DNA of 63,774 nucleotides, the filler included, from Folioceros fuciformis (taxonomy: Eukaryota), in assembly GCA_049999805.1 (NCBI GenBank). It is 4 parts of 3 records of this genome, joined end to end, with 100 filler letters (N's around TTAATTAATTAA, not from the genome) between each part and the next. Parts side by side here need not be neighbours in the genome. Positions count along the whole stretch, not along the records: positions 1 to 18,393 come from JBNGIO010006281.1; positions 18,494 to 43,645 come from JBNGIO010006281.1; 2 more parts are not named here. One strand, 5' to 3'. The translations under genes were made by a program, and so were the position numbers. Below the pieces are notes generated by a model, which was not told where the DNA came from, ran no database searches, and worked only from the letters and a program-made list of their open reading frames with translations. Positions 12,166-26,913 of this stretch are shown here, one piece after another; the stretch's first letter is position 1; each line of letters opens with the position of its first letter.

Positions 12166-13881
12166 GGCTCACCCGGTGAGAGTCTTGCGCCAAGACAATA
12201 TTCAATGGGAAGGACTAGAATATGTAAATGTTAGGTTTAGGGCTTGTTGCCAGAAGGTATGAAAGGTCACTCTCGTCGCCTATCTCAGCCATATACGAGA
12301 AGAAGCCACGAGGGGGTCTAAATTGCACAGCGATGGAGCATTACCCGGAAGTGAGGGCCTTCTGAAACCTTGGGAACTGGTCTTCGGTTTTGTAGCTTGT
12401 CAGAGTTCTGCTGAGGCTGGTCAGATTCTCGAGCCTTGTCTACATTCGCGGACTGGTTCTAGAGTTTCGTATTGAACCGTGCTAAGTACACAGTGTTGCA
12501 GCGTCTAGGTTGATGAGAAGGTGAGTGTAGATTGGCGTGATGTTGAGTCGCAGGGATTGCATCCTTTGCTTTTGGTCCTTGACTGTTGTGGGCCTGGTGT
12601 TCCGTGGTAACCTAAAATACTGTTCTGACCACGTTGCTCCTCTATTAAGCTCTTTCTCGTAGTCTAGGGCTTGTTGGTGCTGTCGAGGATTGTTTTGATG
12701 TGTGTTGGCGAGGATTGGAACGAGGAAGGACACTGGAGGGTTGACCTGTGCCGGTAGGTGTCCGAGAGGGTGCCCTGGCACATCCTGTCATTGCCTTCTA
12801 TGAGTGACCTATTTACACTTGATCTGAGCCGTGTTCTCTGAGCTTGTGGGATCGGGATTTGAGAAAGTATGCCGCTTGGGCTGCTAGGTGCGACTGGATG
12901 CAGAGACATGATGACAAGCATGAGTACCTTGAGAAGTGACTGCCACGCCCCCAGTTTCTTGCTCATGTGAGATTTCGAGGGGTTTAGGCTCTGAACACTG
13001 CGATGAGACCTCATCCTTGCACTGATCCTTGCTCGTTATTCAGCGGAAGGGGACCTTTCTATAATGAGTGGCTAGTCTGTCGAGGGAAAGTGTCGTGGGT
13101 TATGTGGCATGTGGAATGGCTGGAGATGCTGCGGGATCTTTTGTGTGTAAGAATTGAACTCTCAGAGCGGATTTCCACCACGTTCCTGTGACAAGCACCA
13201 AGGATTCTGTGCATTTGCTGGTGCAATATCTAGGCATGACCTGGATAGTGCATCGGCGTGCAAAACCTCCAGCACTCATTCCCGTTTCAATGGTTCAGGG
13301 AGATGGCGACGGCGTCTAATGCCAAAACCCCATGTGCATCGAGCAATCCCTTTTGTCATTCGTTGCGGCTGGTTCTGGATGTTTCCGTATCCCGTCTTCC
13401 CAGGTTTGCCCATCGAAGATATCACCCGTGGTCATGGCTGAGGTACAAGCCTAATGGCACTGTGATTTGACACCGACGGCAAAGGTGGGTCCGATCTCTT
13501 CGAAAATGAGTGTACGACATGCCATGGGGCTTCATTTCCTGCTGTCCTCTCCGTGATCCAATCCGAGCAGCTCGTGTAGTTCACATCCTATATATGGTAG
13601 AGGCACTTTGGCGATCCTGTACTCATACAACGTTTTAAGGATAATAATTTCTATAAATGACATGCCTCGGGATCGATACCTGTCAAGAAGGCGGGGCCTC
13701 GCTCTCGATTGTGGCTAGCGGGTGTGGAGATGGCGATGATGGCTGACTTGTAAATAGATTTAGTTTTAGGGCCCAGGCTGCAGGGGTTGCTGTGATACCT
13801 GCTGTGAATTTTGGACTGTTTGAGGGTCGATGCCGGCGGGAAACGCTTGTTCAAATTCCATCTTCGTTGGGGCCGGTTGAA

Positions 13882-15375
<1,494 letters not shown>

Positions 15376-16583
15376 GTGTCCCCCTCCGGTCCTCTCCTCT
15401 TGCCCCGCTCCCCGTACCACAGACGTATTCTAGGATGCAAACTAGCTTGCAAGCACTGGCATGCCATATTTTGATGCCGTGTCTGGTGTTGGCGGATTCC
15501 AACTGATATGGTGGGGCACATGCTTTGCCCAATGGGTGGACACGGTGGATCATTTTACGGGACTGTGTTGTGCGTGTGAATGCTGAGACGAAGCAGAGGC
15601 CTAATCTTGTTTGCCTGTGTTGGAGGCGGCGCAGCGGAGTGGAGCTGTGACGACTCTCGGCGTTCAGTGGCCTGGTAGTGCGGTCTCCACCAGCATTCTG
15701 ACTGTTGCCGGGTCCACAGTTGCAACCGCAATTTTTGTCACTCCTTGAGATGAGCTGCCGGCAACCCCGACGTTTTGATATTTTCAACGGGTAGGTTCTA
15801 TCGCCGAATTATGTATTTGGTGATTGGCTCGTTTTCAAAGATGTTATTATGCCAACCGTCACGCAGCTTCACAGGGCCCCTTATCCGCTTATTAGGACGC
15901 GTCAAAACCCCCTTTCCGCTTTTGGCTACTCCCAGCCCGCTTTTGCCCGTATTCCGTGGTTGTGGTCTGTAGTAGGTATTAGGCCTGCGATAGTGGCGCA
16001 GAATGTGTACCATTCCTGGAAATTTTATTACAAGCTCGTTTGATTGAAAAGCTTTAAGATTATGTTTGCAGTCCGCTGCAGCAAGCTGATTTGTGACTTT
16101 GTAAACGCACAGCTTTGTACCTATCCAAGCGTCTTGTCCGTGGGAATGTTGTAGATGCGAAATTTTGTTCCAAATGCACTGAATGGTGTTGTGAAGGGAG
16201 TGCACGGCTTGGGATTGCTTTGGGCTTGGGTTTGGTTTCGAGCAACTCCAATCTTTCTTTCTGTGTGATTTTGTTTGTGTGAGAAGATTGTGTGCTCTTG
16301 ATGTAGATTAGACCTCTTGTCTTGTTTTGTATCTGTTTCTATTGTACTTTATAGTTTGATGAATTGCAATATTGCACAGCCATACTACCACCCAGTTTCC
16401 ATAGAGAATGCTCCATGATTGTACTTGGCTTCAAGAGTGAAAACACCAAGTACAGGTTGGTGCCTTGTTATGGCGATGGATGACCATCCCGACCATTCTC
16501 GCGATGGTGGATGAATTATTGCTCTTACCAAAAGCACGACTATCTACCATTTGTTGGCACTACCGTCCACTATTGACTATCTA

Positions 16584-17122
16584 CCATTTGCACGACGATT
16601 CGCCTTTGGCCCGATTATCCACCAAGCAAGTTATCAAATCGCCTTTGGCACGACCATGCACCAAGCAAGTTGTCAAATTCATCTCCCATTTGCACGAAGA
16701 TCCGTCTGTGGTACGACCATCCACCAAGAAAGTTGTCGAATTCATCTGTATCTAGACACAAAGTAGCACATCCATTATATGTGCTCAGGTGCGGTCTAGT
16801 CTAGTCAGGTCAGTATGCGACCCAAGTCAGATGTTCACATGTGCATGTCCTAAATGTGACACTTCTAAGGTACATGTCACGAGGACATTCACGTGGAATT
16901 GCACCACCCTATCGTGCTGCCACTCCGCTATCCAGAAAGACAAAATCTCATCCCAAGTTGTATAGCCTATAAGCTACTAGAGAGCAGCACCACCACCCAA
17001 CATCCCACTTCCAAGTTGTACAGCCTACAAGCTACCACAAAACACCAACACCCAACATCCACTTCCCAAAGTTGTACAACCTATAAGCTACCATACAACA
17101 CCACCACCCAACATCCACTACC
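16584..17122. repeat. Two blocks of degenerate tandem repeats, probably from a transposon interior
   Basis: 16584-16750: 3 copies of a CCATCCACCAAGCAAGTTGTCAAAT-like unit. 16952-17122: 3 copies of a roughly 56-bp CCAAGTTGTACAGCCTACAAGCTAC..CACCACCCAACATCC unit. Confidence 0.7.
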
Positions 17123-18393
17123 AAGAAAGACAAGTTCATGTTGTACATACACACTTTCGATAGGACCACTTTTCTCCACTCATGTGGAGTCCCACCACCC
17201 AACTCAAGAAAGACAAGTCCTCAATGGTACTGTACATATCTGCAACACCACCACCACCCATGTGGAATTCCAACCTCGACCACTCCATTATCGAGAAAGA
17301 CAAACATGAATTGTACACTACATATCTAAAACTGTTGCGCTGTAGCCCTCCTTCCACTATCCTATCGAGACAAACAAATCTTGAATTGTACAGTATATCT
17401 CTGCAACACCACCACCCCTTGCCCACCTAACAACCACTATCGAGAAAGAAAGAGACAACCCAACTATACAACGCTGATCACATACATGAAGTTCAAGTTC
17501 AGCTATCGCATGAAAGAAGGAGCGCATGCTGCACCTTAGCATATTCCCACAAAGTTTCATGGAACACTGAAACATGGACATTGTAGAAAGTTAAGCAACA
17601 AATGCTCCCTAATGTCCAGCAACTATGGTGTCCAATATCTCATGCTCAATGAGTGATGGAAGGTGAAAGTGAAGAAGATTGACCAACTTGGTTATGGTCC
17701 TTAGAACGATTTATTTGATGTATAAATTATTATATTTTACTTGCTTTGTACAACATAAGAGGACGTGTCCCAACCTATCTTGGTGCAGCCATGTTGCAAA
17801 TAACGGTTTTGGATGGTGTGACCTAAATGACCCGCTAACGAGACATGTGTGTACGTACAGTAGGTGGCGGGCAGTGGAAGGAGAAGGAGAAGTGGCGACA
17901 TACAAAAACGGGTAGGGTAATTTGGGAGCGAGATGGTCAACTGCAGTTCGCAAATAGAGTTGGAGGCGGCGGAAAAGAAGGTGTTTTCGGTTTTGGTTCC
18001 CGATAAGGAAACAGGCTATATATGCATGTATGTATGTATGTTCCCGGGAAGGAAACCGGGGAGGGAGGAACGGGGATAGGGCGCCCTGGGCTAAGAAAGA
18101 AATCTAGCGAGACCTGAGGTTATACACACACACTGACAGACAACCCTACCTGTTGGAGACTTGTACGTACTGCTTGCTTTCTCGTTGGCTTTCCTTGCCT
18201 GCATTCCTCTGAATACGGTACGAATACAGCCAAGGCTATTGAAGGGGAAATAGAGTTTGAAGAAGTGCCACGAAGGCAGCAGCATACTGCTCCTGCAGCC
18301 ACCGCATGGACATGGCGGATGCCTTTTCTTGCTCGCTTCCCCCTTCCACCACCACCACCCTGCTGCAGTGCCCTGGGTCCGCGCCACACACCT

Positions 18394-18493
18394 NNNNNNN
18401 NNNNNNNNNNNNNNNNNNNNNNNNNNNNNNNNNNNNNTTAATTAATTAANNNNNNNNNNNNNNNNNNNNNNNNNNNNNNNNNNNNNNNNNNNN
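18394..18493. other. Assembly gap with artificial TTAATTAATTAA linker
   Basis: 100-bp block of N with a central stop-in-all-frames linker; the same structure occurs at 43646-43745 and 60300-60399. Confidence 0.97.
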
Positions 18494-20281
18494 AAATAAT
18501 TCCCTGTGGAGTCATATGTCAGATGATTAAGTTTAGGGTTTAGGGGGTTTGGGGTTATAATCCCTAATAAGGGTCATTAAGGGGATGAATTGTGAACGGT
18601 GGCGTTGTCTCTCGATACATGGTCTCTTCACGTTATTTTGGGGGTGGAGTTGGTTGGAGTACATATGAACACTTTTGTCTGATCTAGAGAATTCACCTCC
18701 GATTCAGGACGGCCTTTTCAGTCTCTAACCAAAGGATCAGCCGTTAAGACCCGTGCTCCTTGCGGATGCTCAAGACGTTTCTATAATGTATATATTAAAT
18801 TATTTCAAAGTTCTGTTGACGAGTTTTGCGAACCGTCGCAGAGGGAGCGCGTCGATACTTTAAATTGCGAATAGGCCAACGCTACTTAACCTGTTATTGA
18901 TGGGCCTATTACACAACCATTCGAATACAGTGTATTCACGTGAGAGAGAGTAGGAGTGGCTACTATCTCTCCGTGGCAGGCGCGGGGCCGCTGGTGCTGG
19001 ATTTTTGGGCCGGTAGCCGGGGAATGGGCCCGGTGCCCCCGGCACGGATGCTCGTTGATGCCCACTTGGTGGCACCTCCACGATCACGGCTGGCAGCCTA
19101 CAGGACGGGCTATGAAGTCAAGTGGCCATGGCATCGAGGCGCGAATCGCATCCCAGCGGAATCGTTGCCGGAGTTAGCTACAATGCTGCTTCACCGCTCA
19201 CCATGGCCTAGTCCTGCGGACGACTTCTGTACTTTGCTACCAACATTTTACTTATCTACATGTCGGACACTCCATGGGTGCATCTCTGTTGGAGTTAGCT
19301 ACAGGGATTCCATGCCCGCGCACTCATGTCCCAGGTGCAGGGCCGGCTGGCCCAAGCCCTGGCCTCGGCACCGGGCCCGGCACCTGATGAGAGACACGCC
19401 GGTCAGACTCCGCTCTTCACTCGTGGAAGCCATCAATGTGGCAGCGGCAACCCCACCCCCCCCTTGAAGAAAACTCGGGAAAATATCGGCATTCTGTCTC
19501 GCTACTACTGGAGGTAGGAACGCAAATCGGAATGTTCCCGAGGAAGACACCCTGTCGAGTGGCGACAAAACCGACTCCCTCCAACTCCGCCATTATCAAA
19601 CCTCATCACCAGCTAGTGTCTGTATCTGCTGCTGCCCTTATTTTCCCGCCTTGCTCCCTTAAGTTTCTCTTTCTCACTCAACTCCTATGATCGCGCCGCA
19701 TCTAGGGAGCAGAGCAAGGAGTAGGAGGGAGTGGACTGCGGGCCGGCGCAAGTGCTCGCAGGTAGCATTGTTGAGCGTGGTGTTGTGAGGTGTGTGTTTC
19801 CGTCCACACGGCGTCGTGGTTGAGATGCCTGCTCTTCTGCCTCGGAGTGTGTCCCGCAATTAGGAGGGGCCACGAATCGGGTGCCGGATCTCGATGTTTG
19901 TGCGCGCTACCTGCAGCTCAGCTCGCCCGCACCAGGTGCTGGATCCGCGTCTCGGAACTTGAGCTTGTGACGGCGGGTGCCGGAGATTTCTCCGGATTGG
20001 CGGAGGAAGGGCAGGCGCTTTGTATGGGACGGCGATTTGTGGATCTGTTTGGATTTCGTGCAGGGGAATTGGAGCGCGGATGCAGAAAATCAGGATTCTG
20101 TAAGAGCAGACGTACTCCTCGGTTGCTGCATTTCAGCAGGATTTTGAAGCCTGGGGCATCTGCCTTGCGTGTTCCGGCTTGCTTGGCGGTTGCATGGGGA
20201 ATCCGGTAGATTTGGGGATTCCACACTCTAGTGTAGCGCCCGGAGCTTCGGAATGCGTGGTTTGAGCTGCCAGGATTTGTG

Positions 20282-23200
20282 ATGGAAGACCCCACGCTCG
20301 TTTTCTTGCTGTTGCTGCTGCTGCACCTTCTTTCGCATCCGCGAGTCGGGGCTCAGTCGGAGAGTCTAGTGCCGCCTGTTGCACCTCTCAACTGCACCAC
20401 TCCGGACGTCATCTCCGAATGCACCTCTTACTTTTATCGTCCCGTCAACGTGAGCGCAGCCAACGAATCAGCCGGGGATGTGGCTAGCTTGTATAATGTT
20501 CCTGTGCAGACTCTCCTCTCTGTGCCCAACAATGCTCCTCAGCAGACCTTCATTGTGCCTCTCACGTGTCAGTGTGCTCCTCTCCCTAGAGGGTACAACA
20601 ACTCTCAAAGTGCAAAGGTGTACACTTCACAGGTCCCCTACACAATGAGCTCGGATGACCGGGACTACTCGTCAATTTCCTCCAGATTCGACGATGCAGT
20701 CCTCATTCCGGAAGACTCAACGGTCGTACCAGGGAGTCAGCAAATCCTGTATCTTGCCTGTGGCTGCCTCCCTCCGGACCTGGGGGCACAGAGTGCGTAC
20801 ACTGCTGTGGTTACCTACAAGATTGTAAGCCAGGACACCTTGTTCAAGCTCAGCAACTTTTTTGGGAGCAATATGTCCGCAATTCAGTCTTTGAACAACA
20901 TCGCCAACATCAACTTTATCTATGCAGGCCAAGTTATTTACATACCGGTCAAGAATGGTGACTACTTTCTCTTCCTTTCCTTTTGCTTTGCTTGAGTCAT
21001 TTGGGACATCTCGCTGCCAGTGATTGTTTGCTCTGTAGATCTTTCTTGATTTAGAGTGATTTTTTTTTTTGGATGTCAGGTTTTCCCACTGGGGTTCTAC
21101 GGTGGCTTATCTTTGTGTCTCTTTGTTGGTGTGCTGTAATGTGCAACTACGTGGGATCATGTTATCCGCAAAGTTTCAAACATTGGTGGACCAGCGTCCG
21201 CAGGTATTATCTTCACCAGCCTTTGTCTCCGCTAATCCTGGTTTCATTTTCTCGGTTTGGGCAAGGCCAACAGTCTGCGGGTCCAGGGTTGGGCTGATCC
21301 AGCAACCTTTGAATGCAGTACCCCCCGCAAGTGTACAGCAGCCCAAACACAAGTCCTCTCCAACCTTGGGGATCGCACTGGGCATCGCTGGGGTGGTCAT
21401 CGTTGTGTCTCTTCTACTGCTTGGAACTGCACTTTACTTTCGGTCAAAGAAGTCGGAGAACAGCTTGAGAAAAGCCTACAGCGATGGCAACGTCAATGTC
21501 ACTGGCCACTCTGTGCATTCTGTGCTGTCCGCCCACTCTGGCACTCAAGATATTGAGAGCGGTGGAATATTCAGGGGGATTGGAAACTTCTTTGGCTGTT
21601 CTCCTCTCAAGCGGAGTGGCACCGCCAAAAACAACAATGTTAAGCGCAGTATCACCTTGCCGAAAGGTCTGTTCAGTCCTCGTGCCTGTTGTCTATCATG
21701 TCAATTCTGTAATGTCGGGGACTTAACTACCAACGTTGTGGAACTGCAGAGGCTAATATTGTCTTTGACTCCGAGAAGCCAGTTGTTTTCACGTACGATG
21801 AGATTGTCGTGGCGACTGACAGCTTCAATGAGAGTAAGAAGATTGGACAAGGTGCTTTCGGTCTTGTCTACTTTGGCAATCTAAGACAGCAGGTGAACAC
21901 CTGCGTGTGACTCAATCCTCCTGTTCCTCTAGCTTAGTATTGACGTAATCTAACCTAGGCTGTGATGTTCTTCTCTGTAGGATGTGGCTGTTAAGCAGAT
22001 GAAGGCAACCAAATCTAGGGAGTTCTACGCCGAGTTGAAAGTTCTCTGCAAAGTGCACCACACGAACCTGGTGAGAAAAGCTTGTCGTTTTCCAGAGAGT
22101 GTGGTTGTCAGCGTTGGGGAATTACGACATGGTTTGGCTGATCCTCTGAATGATCTTTCCGTCGTACAGGTCGAGCTGATAGGCTATTCAGCTGGTCAGG
22201 AACATCTCTACCTAGTGTATGAGTTTGCTGAGAATGGAGCTTTGAGTGACCGTCTTCACAACCCTTTAAGCAAAGGTACAGGCTACGGGGTCTTGCAGCA
22301 GCGTCCAAATCTTGCATTGCAAAGAGGACATTTCTGATCTGGGACCGTCGGATCAATTTTGCAGGTTTCACTCCTCTTAGCTGGACTCAAAGAGTGCAAA
22401 TAGCAGTTGATTCTGCTAGAGGACTCGAATACATACATGAGCACACAAAGGCGCACTACGTACACCGGGATGTGAAGACGAGCAACATTCTCCTGGACAG
22501 CGATTTTCGGGCCAAGGTAGACTCCGCTGATGCTTCTTCGCCTTGAAATGTGTTGTATATCGCAGTACCTCGCAAGAGATTCTAAAAAATCAACGGGCTT
22601 CTGCAATTGTCCAGGTAGCAGACTTTGGACTCGCCAAGCTGGTGGAGCAGAGTGGAGAGGGGGGAGAAGGCCTCACAACTCGAGTGGTTGGAACATTTGG
22701 CTACCTTGCTCCTGAGTAAGTTAACTTTGCCACTTTCACATCACCTAAGCGCCAACGGTGTGTTGCTTGCCGTTGTGATCTGACCGGATACTGGGCGTTG
22801 CGTTTAGGTATGTACGAGATGGCCATGCTACATCCAAAAGCGATACGTATGCCTTCGGAGTTGTGCTCATGGAACTTCTAACAGGCTCCGAAGCCATCTC
22901 TAAGTCAAAAAGTGGTTGCAACGAAGGTGGCAACGACAAGCGCTCAATCATCTCCTTGGTGAGGCCTCTGTACGTCTTCTTCCCGATGGACATTGTACGG
23001 ACATCTCGCCACTCAGTCTGACATTTTGGAGCATCTGCGCCTCAGATGTTGTCGGTGCTTCTGGACAACGATGCGTACGGGAGGTTTCAAACCATTGTGG
23101 ACCCACTTCTTAACGACAGCTACCCTAAAGACGGGGCCTACAGGGTTAGTCATCAACCCTCCTACATCACAGCAGAACTTCTGTTCCCGCGTCTGGTGTA

Positions 23201-23412
23201 GAGAATGGCTGACGTAGCTGCCCAATGTGTCCTTCCTTTTCCCGCAGATGGCTGTGCTGTCTAAGGCTTGCGTGGACGAAGACCCCTCCATGCGACCAGA
23301 CATGAGGCAGGTGGTGCTCACCTTGTCGCAGATTATGCTGGCCTCCATTGAATGGGAAGCCTCGCTTGCAGGGAATAGTCAGATATTCAGTGGCTTGGTG
23401 CAAGGCAGGTAA
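20282..23412 (+). CDS. LysM receptor-like kinase, LYK3/EPR3-type, with intact kinase motifs
   Basis: Signal peptide; ectodomain with CQC and CGC linkers and a clear LysM3 ([19 protein letters not shown]); [27 protein letters not shown]; kinase motifs [33 protein letters not shown]-terminus [21 protein letters not shown], characteristic of the AtLYK3 clade. Confidence 0.92.
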
Positions 23413-24283
23413 TTATCACTCAGTTTCGGGACCTGTAACTCGTCTCGATTCCTAGCAGCAATCGACATCTGACCAATACTGAGGACGCTTCATCATGAGT
23501 ACCTAATATCACAGCTAGGTTACGAGTATTGACGGTCCTCAATCCACCTACGTCTCTTCCACATACTAGGCCTAGGGAATCGATTGGAATTGGGATTTGA
23601 AAGAGTTGAGAATTTATATCATGGAACTTACCCAGTTGTGGCTCTTATAAGTTCGCTTAACCTGTAAGTGACCAAACTCACTTACAATCTTGTAATTGAT
23701 TTAACTTACCCACCATCATGATCTACTATCATGCATTTACTAACCCACTTACATTCCTCTTAAGGCTAAGTTATCCTCTAATTGAGGGACGCACTCACAA
23801 ACCTTTATGTACTCAATTTTTTCAGAACTCTTTAAATTAAGTTATTCAAAATAAAGTATTTTGTATATTTTATAATTTTTATTAAAAAAATCCATTTTTA
23901 AAATTTTATGATAAACCAATTCAATCTAGGGCTGCTACAATTGAGTGCAGTAATGAATGCTTGCATGTTGAAAATTGAGTAGAGAAGCCTTCTTTTTCTA
24001 CTCAAGCTTTTGTACTTTCTTCACATATCTTCATAAACTGTATTTATAGGGAAGGAAGGTTTTTCCTTCATGAATCCAAGCTTCAACTCGTCATCTCATG
24101 TTTTTGCTGCATGCAACACACATTCAACTCCTTGAGCTTCCATGTAAAGAGGGAAGTACTAAAATAGAAGTGTAATTGTGAAAAATGTATAGACTAGAGG
24201 GAAGAGTCTGTCTTCCAATCCTTCAACTACAATTGTCATTTCCCATCTTGGGTTCCATTAGAGGATAAGTACGTCACTCACTA

Positions 24284-26053
24284 CAGTCAAACCCCTCTAA
24301 TTGGGACCCCTATAAATTGGAACCCCCTTAAACCAAACCCCTCTAATTGGGACCCCTATAAATGGGAACCCCCTTTAAATGGGACGCCCGAGCTTACTCC
24401 TTTGAATGTGCTACATGCTAAATGGGAAACTCTCTAATTTGTAAATGGGAACATATGTCTCCCAAACATTCAATGCAAGTACACCTTTGTAAAAGGGAAA
24501 ATACATATTTAAAAAAAATAATTGAGGAAATCATCTTATCGAGATTAAATCATGAGTTATTGAGATTATGTCAAGTTAAAGGCTATCGAGATTATATCCT
24601 AAAACATAGACAGTCATCGAGATTGGGCTATATATGTAGTAGTTTTGTACACTATGCTTTGTGCTCAGAAGCATTGTTCCTAGTGCATAAGTTGTTTCAT
24701 TGTACAAGTTATCTTATGGTGTTGTAAGTTGTTGTCTTGCTGTGAGATATTTTGTATGTGTTCTTTACCCATTCTCTTTGACGTGTAAGAACAATGCCGC
24801 CCAAGCCACCGCGCAAGCATGCTACCATACCAAAGCAAAAAAAGAAAGAGGTTTACGAATATTATGTCCAACAATCTTGCACACTTAAGGAGTTAACTAG
24901 ATGGACAACATAGTCTTTAATAGTTTCAATAGTAGCTTCTAAAAGTGCATTGTCTAGGATTGTGAATGACAAAGACATGGTTGGACCCTGCCATTGGTCC
25001 AACAACTAATATGGCAGGAATGAGGGATAAACTAACCATATGCCCACAGGTTGACCACGCAGTACACGTTTGGGCTCTTGCAATCCAAGCTCAAAGTGCC
25101 ACAATTTCAGATGACTTGCTTTGCGAGTGCATCAAGTTGTATCGTAACTATCAAGCAGTGGTTATGCTAGTAAAAGCTTGGACTTCATTTGTGAGTCCTC
25201 ATACCACACATAATTGTTGGAGGCATAGCACTTTGGATGCGGAATTGCGTGCACAAGATGCTCGGTTCCGTAAGTCTTTGGATCTAAACAGCGCACCGTA
25301 TGATCCAGATGATCCATTGTCGGATCTTCAAAATTACTCTAATTTGCTGGAAACGCAGGTAGAAGAGCTACAACGGTCTATGCGAAGCTTAGACCGTTGT
25401 AGCTCCATTATTAACATCTGAGGATATGACAGGAATTGCTGATGTTGGATATCCAACGATGACAGCTGAAGAGTATCTGAACTTTGAGGAGGATGAAGGA
25501 TTGGAGACTACGTATATTCCTACAGAGGACAAAATATGGCAAGCACTAATCCCTGCGCCTGTCAATGAGGAGGGTGAGGAGATTGATACAACGTCAGTAG
25601 AGACCATAACGCCAAGACTACGTACAACAAAGGATGTTGTAGATAATGCTATGAGGATAGCGAAGATGTTTTTGGAAGAGATGCCATATAACACTCTTGA
25701 TGCTTTGAAGTTGCATTCTTAGTTGGAAAAACATAAACATATTGCTAGTCATTGGATGAAAGCAACTCAGTATCAATCAAGGATTGATGATTATTTTAAC
25801 CCAGCAAACTAGAATAAGGTTGGCAGCTATGTAGTACAAGGGAGCATTTTGGATTTTTTAGAAGCTTTTAAGCTCTTTCAAATTTTTGATTTATTTATTT
25901 TTAAATATTTTTATTTTCAAAAAAAGATAAAAATATCTAAACGGGAAGCCCTCTATATGGGACGATTTTTGCTACTCCTAACTATTCCCAATTAGAGGGT
26001 TCTGACTGTATTTTTGCTACTCCCAATTGTTCCCAATTAGAGGGGTCTAACTG
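24284..26053 (+). mobile_element. pogo/Tigger-like (Tc1/mariner) DNA transposon, internally deleted and non-autonomous
   Basis: Left end TA|CAGTCAAACCCCTCTAATTGGGA at 24284; inverted copies TCCCAATTAGAGGGTTCTGACTG|TA ending 26008 and a second ending 26053; subterminal repeats. Transposase remnants: CENP-B-type HTH (PQVDHAVHVW..ATISDDLL) and post-DDE motif (LVKAWTSFVSPHTTHNCWRHS). Confidence 0.85.
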
Positions 26054-26315
26054 TATTATAATAAAGGGACATCTCTAACATGTTTATCATAATAATTAGA
26101 TAGATAAGGAACCAAAATGATGATAGGCCTTGATAATGTAGTTCTCGGCATCATACTACTAACATTTTATTGAGAATGTGATGTTTACAACTATGTCACA
26201 AAATACAAGTACTCAAAGTAGTGCCACAAGAACCTGGGGGACAAGCCATTGACTAGACTACGAATAGCTAAGTACTTTCCCTTGTTTGAGTGCTTGATCT
26301 CCTTCTATACACCTT

Positions 26316-26536
26316 TGAAGAAGCCTATTGCATGGGTGATAGATGCCTTGATTGAGGAAGCCTATTGCATGGGCGATAGATGCCTTGATTGAGGAAGCCT
26401 ATTGCATGGGTGATAGATGTCTTGATTGAGGAAGCCTATTGCATGGGTGATAGATGCCTTGATTGAGGAAGCCTATTGCATGGGTGATAGATGCCTTGAT
26501 TGAGGAAGCCTATTGCATGGGTGATGGATGCCTTGA
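26316..26536. repeat. 37-bp minisatellite, 6 copies
   Basis: Unit TGAGGAAGCCTATTGCATGGGTGATAGATGCCTTGAT starts at 26316, 26353, 26390, 26427, 26464 and 26501; head-to-tail with no spacers. Confidence 0.95.
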
Positions 26537-26913
26537 AAGCACAAAATCCACACGACATGGTTCTAGACTTGACATATCGGGCTTCAAGATTGCGAGTGGT
26601 GCAAGTTTGTAGCCTCTATTTCATGATTGCAGTGTTTGACCAATTGGATGACACAATGTTTCTAAATAACTTAAGATAAATTTTCCATGTATGTTAATCA
26701 TGGAACCTATTGCTGATGATTAGTAAACAATAAGTACCTACGAATAGTACTAGTTTCAATATACCACCTAGATAATCTTATCCTAAACGAATTGTTAGCT
26801 AAACTAGAGGTCCATATTGAAGTTTCCTTCTCAAATCAATCTTGCAATCTATGAGAAAAATAAAATGACCTTTTATTTTTTACTACAAAATGGCTTTGCC
26901 AAAAGGACTATTA

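Noticed and set aside
12940-13535. RNase MRP or U17/snR30-like RNA (GAAAGGTCCCC and ATGGGGCTTCA motifs)
   Set aside because: The motifs lie on opposite strands or at unsuitable spacing, and the other conserved regions are not visible.
18438-18449. Palindromic TTAATTAATTAA motif found three times
   Set aside because: Always centred in 100-bp N blocks; an artificial scaffolding linker.
18940-19467. 175-aa ORF upstream of the LysM kinase
   Set aside because: GTG start, no recognisable domain, and GC-rich sequence where long chance ORFs are common.
26316-26536. CRISPR-like 37-bp repeats
   Set aside because: Units are contiguous with no unique spacers, there are no cas genes, and the context is eukaryotic; this is a minisatellite.
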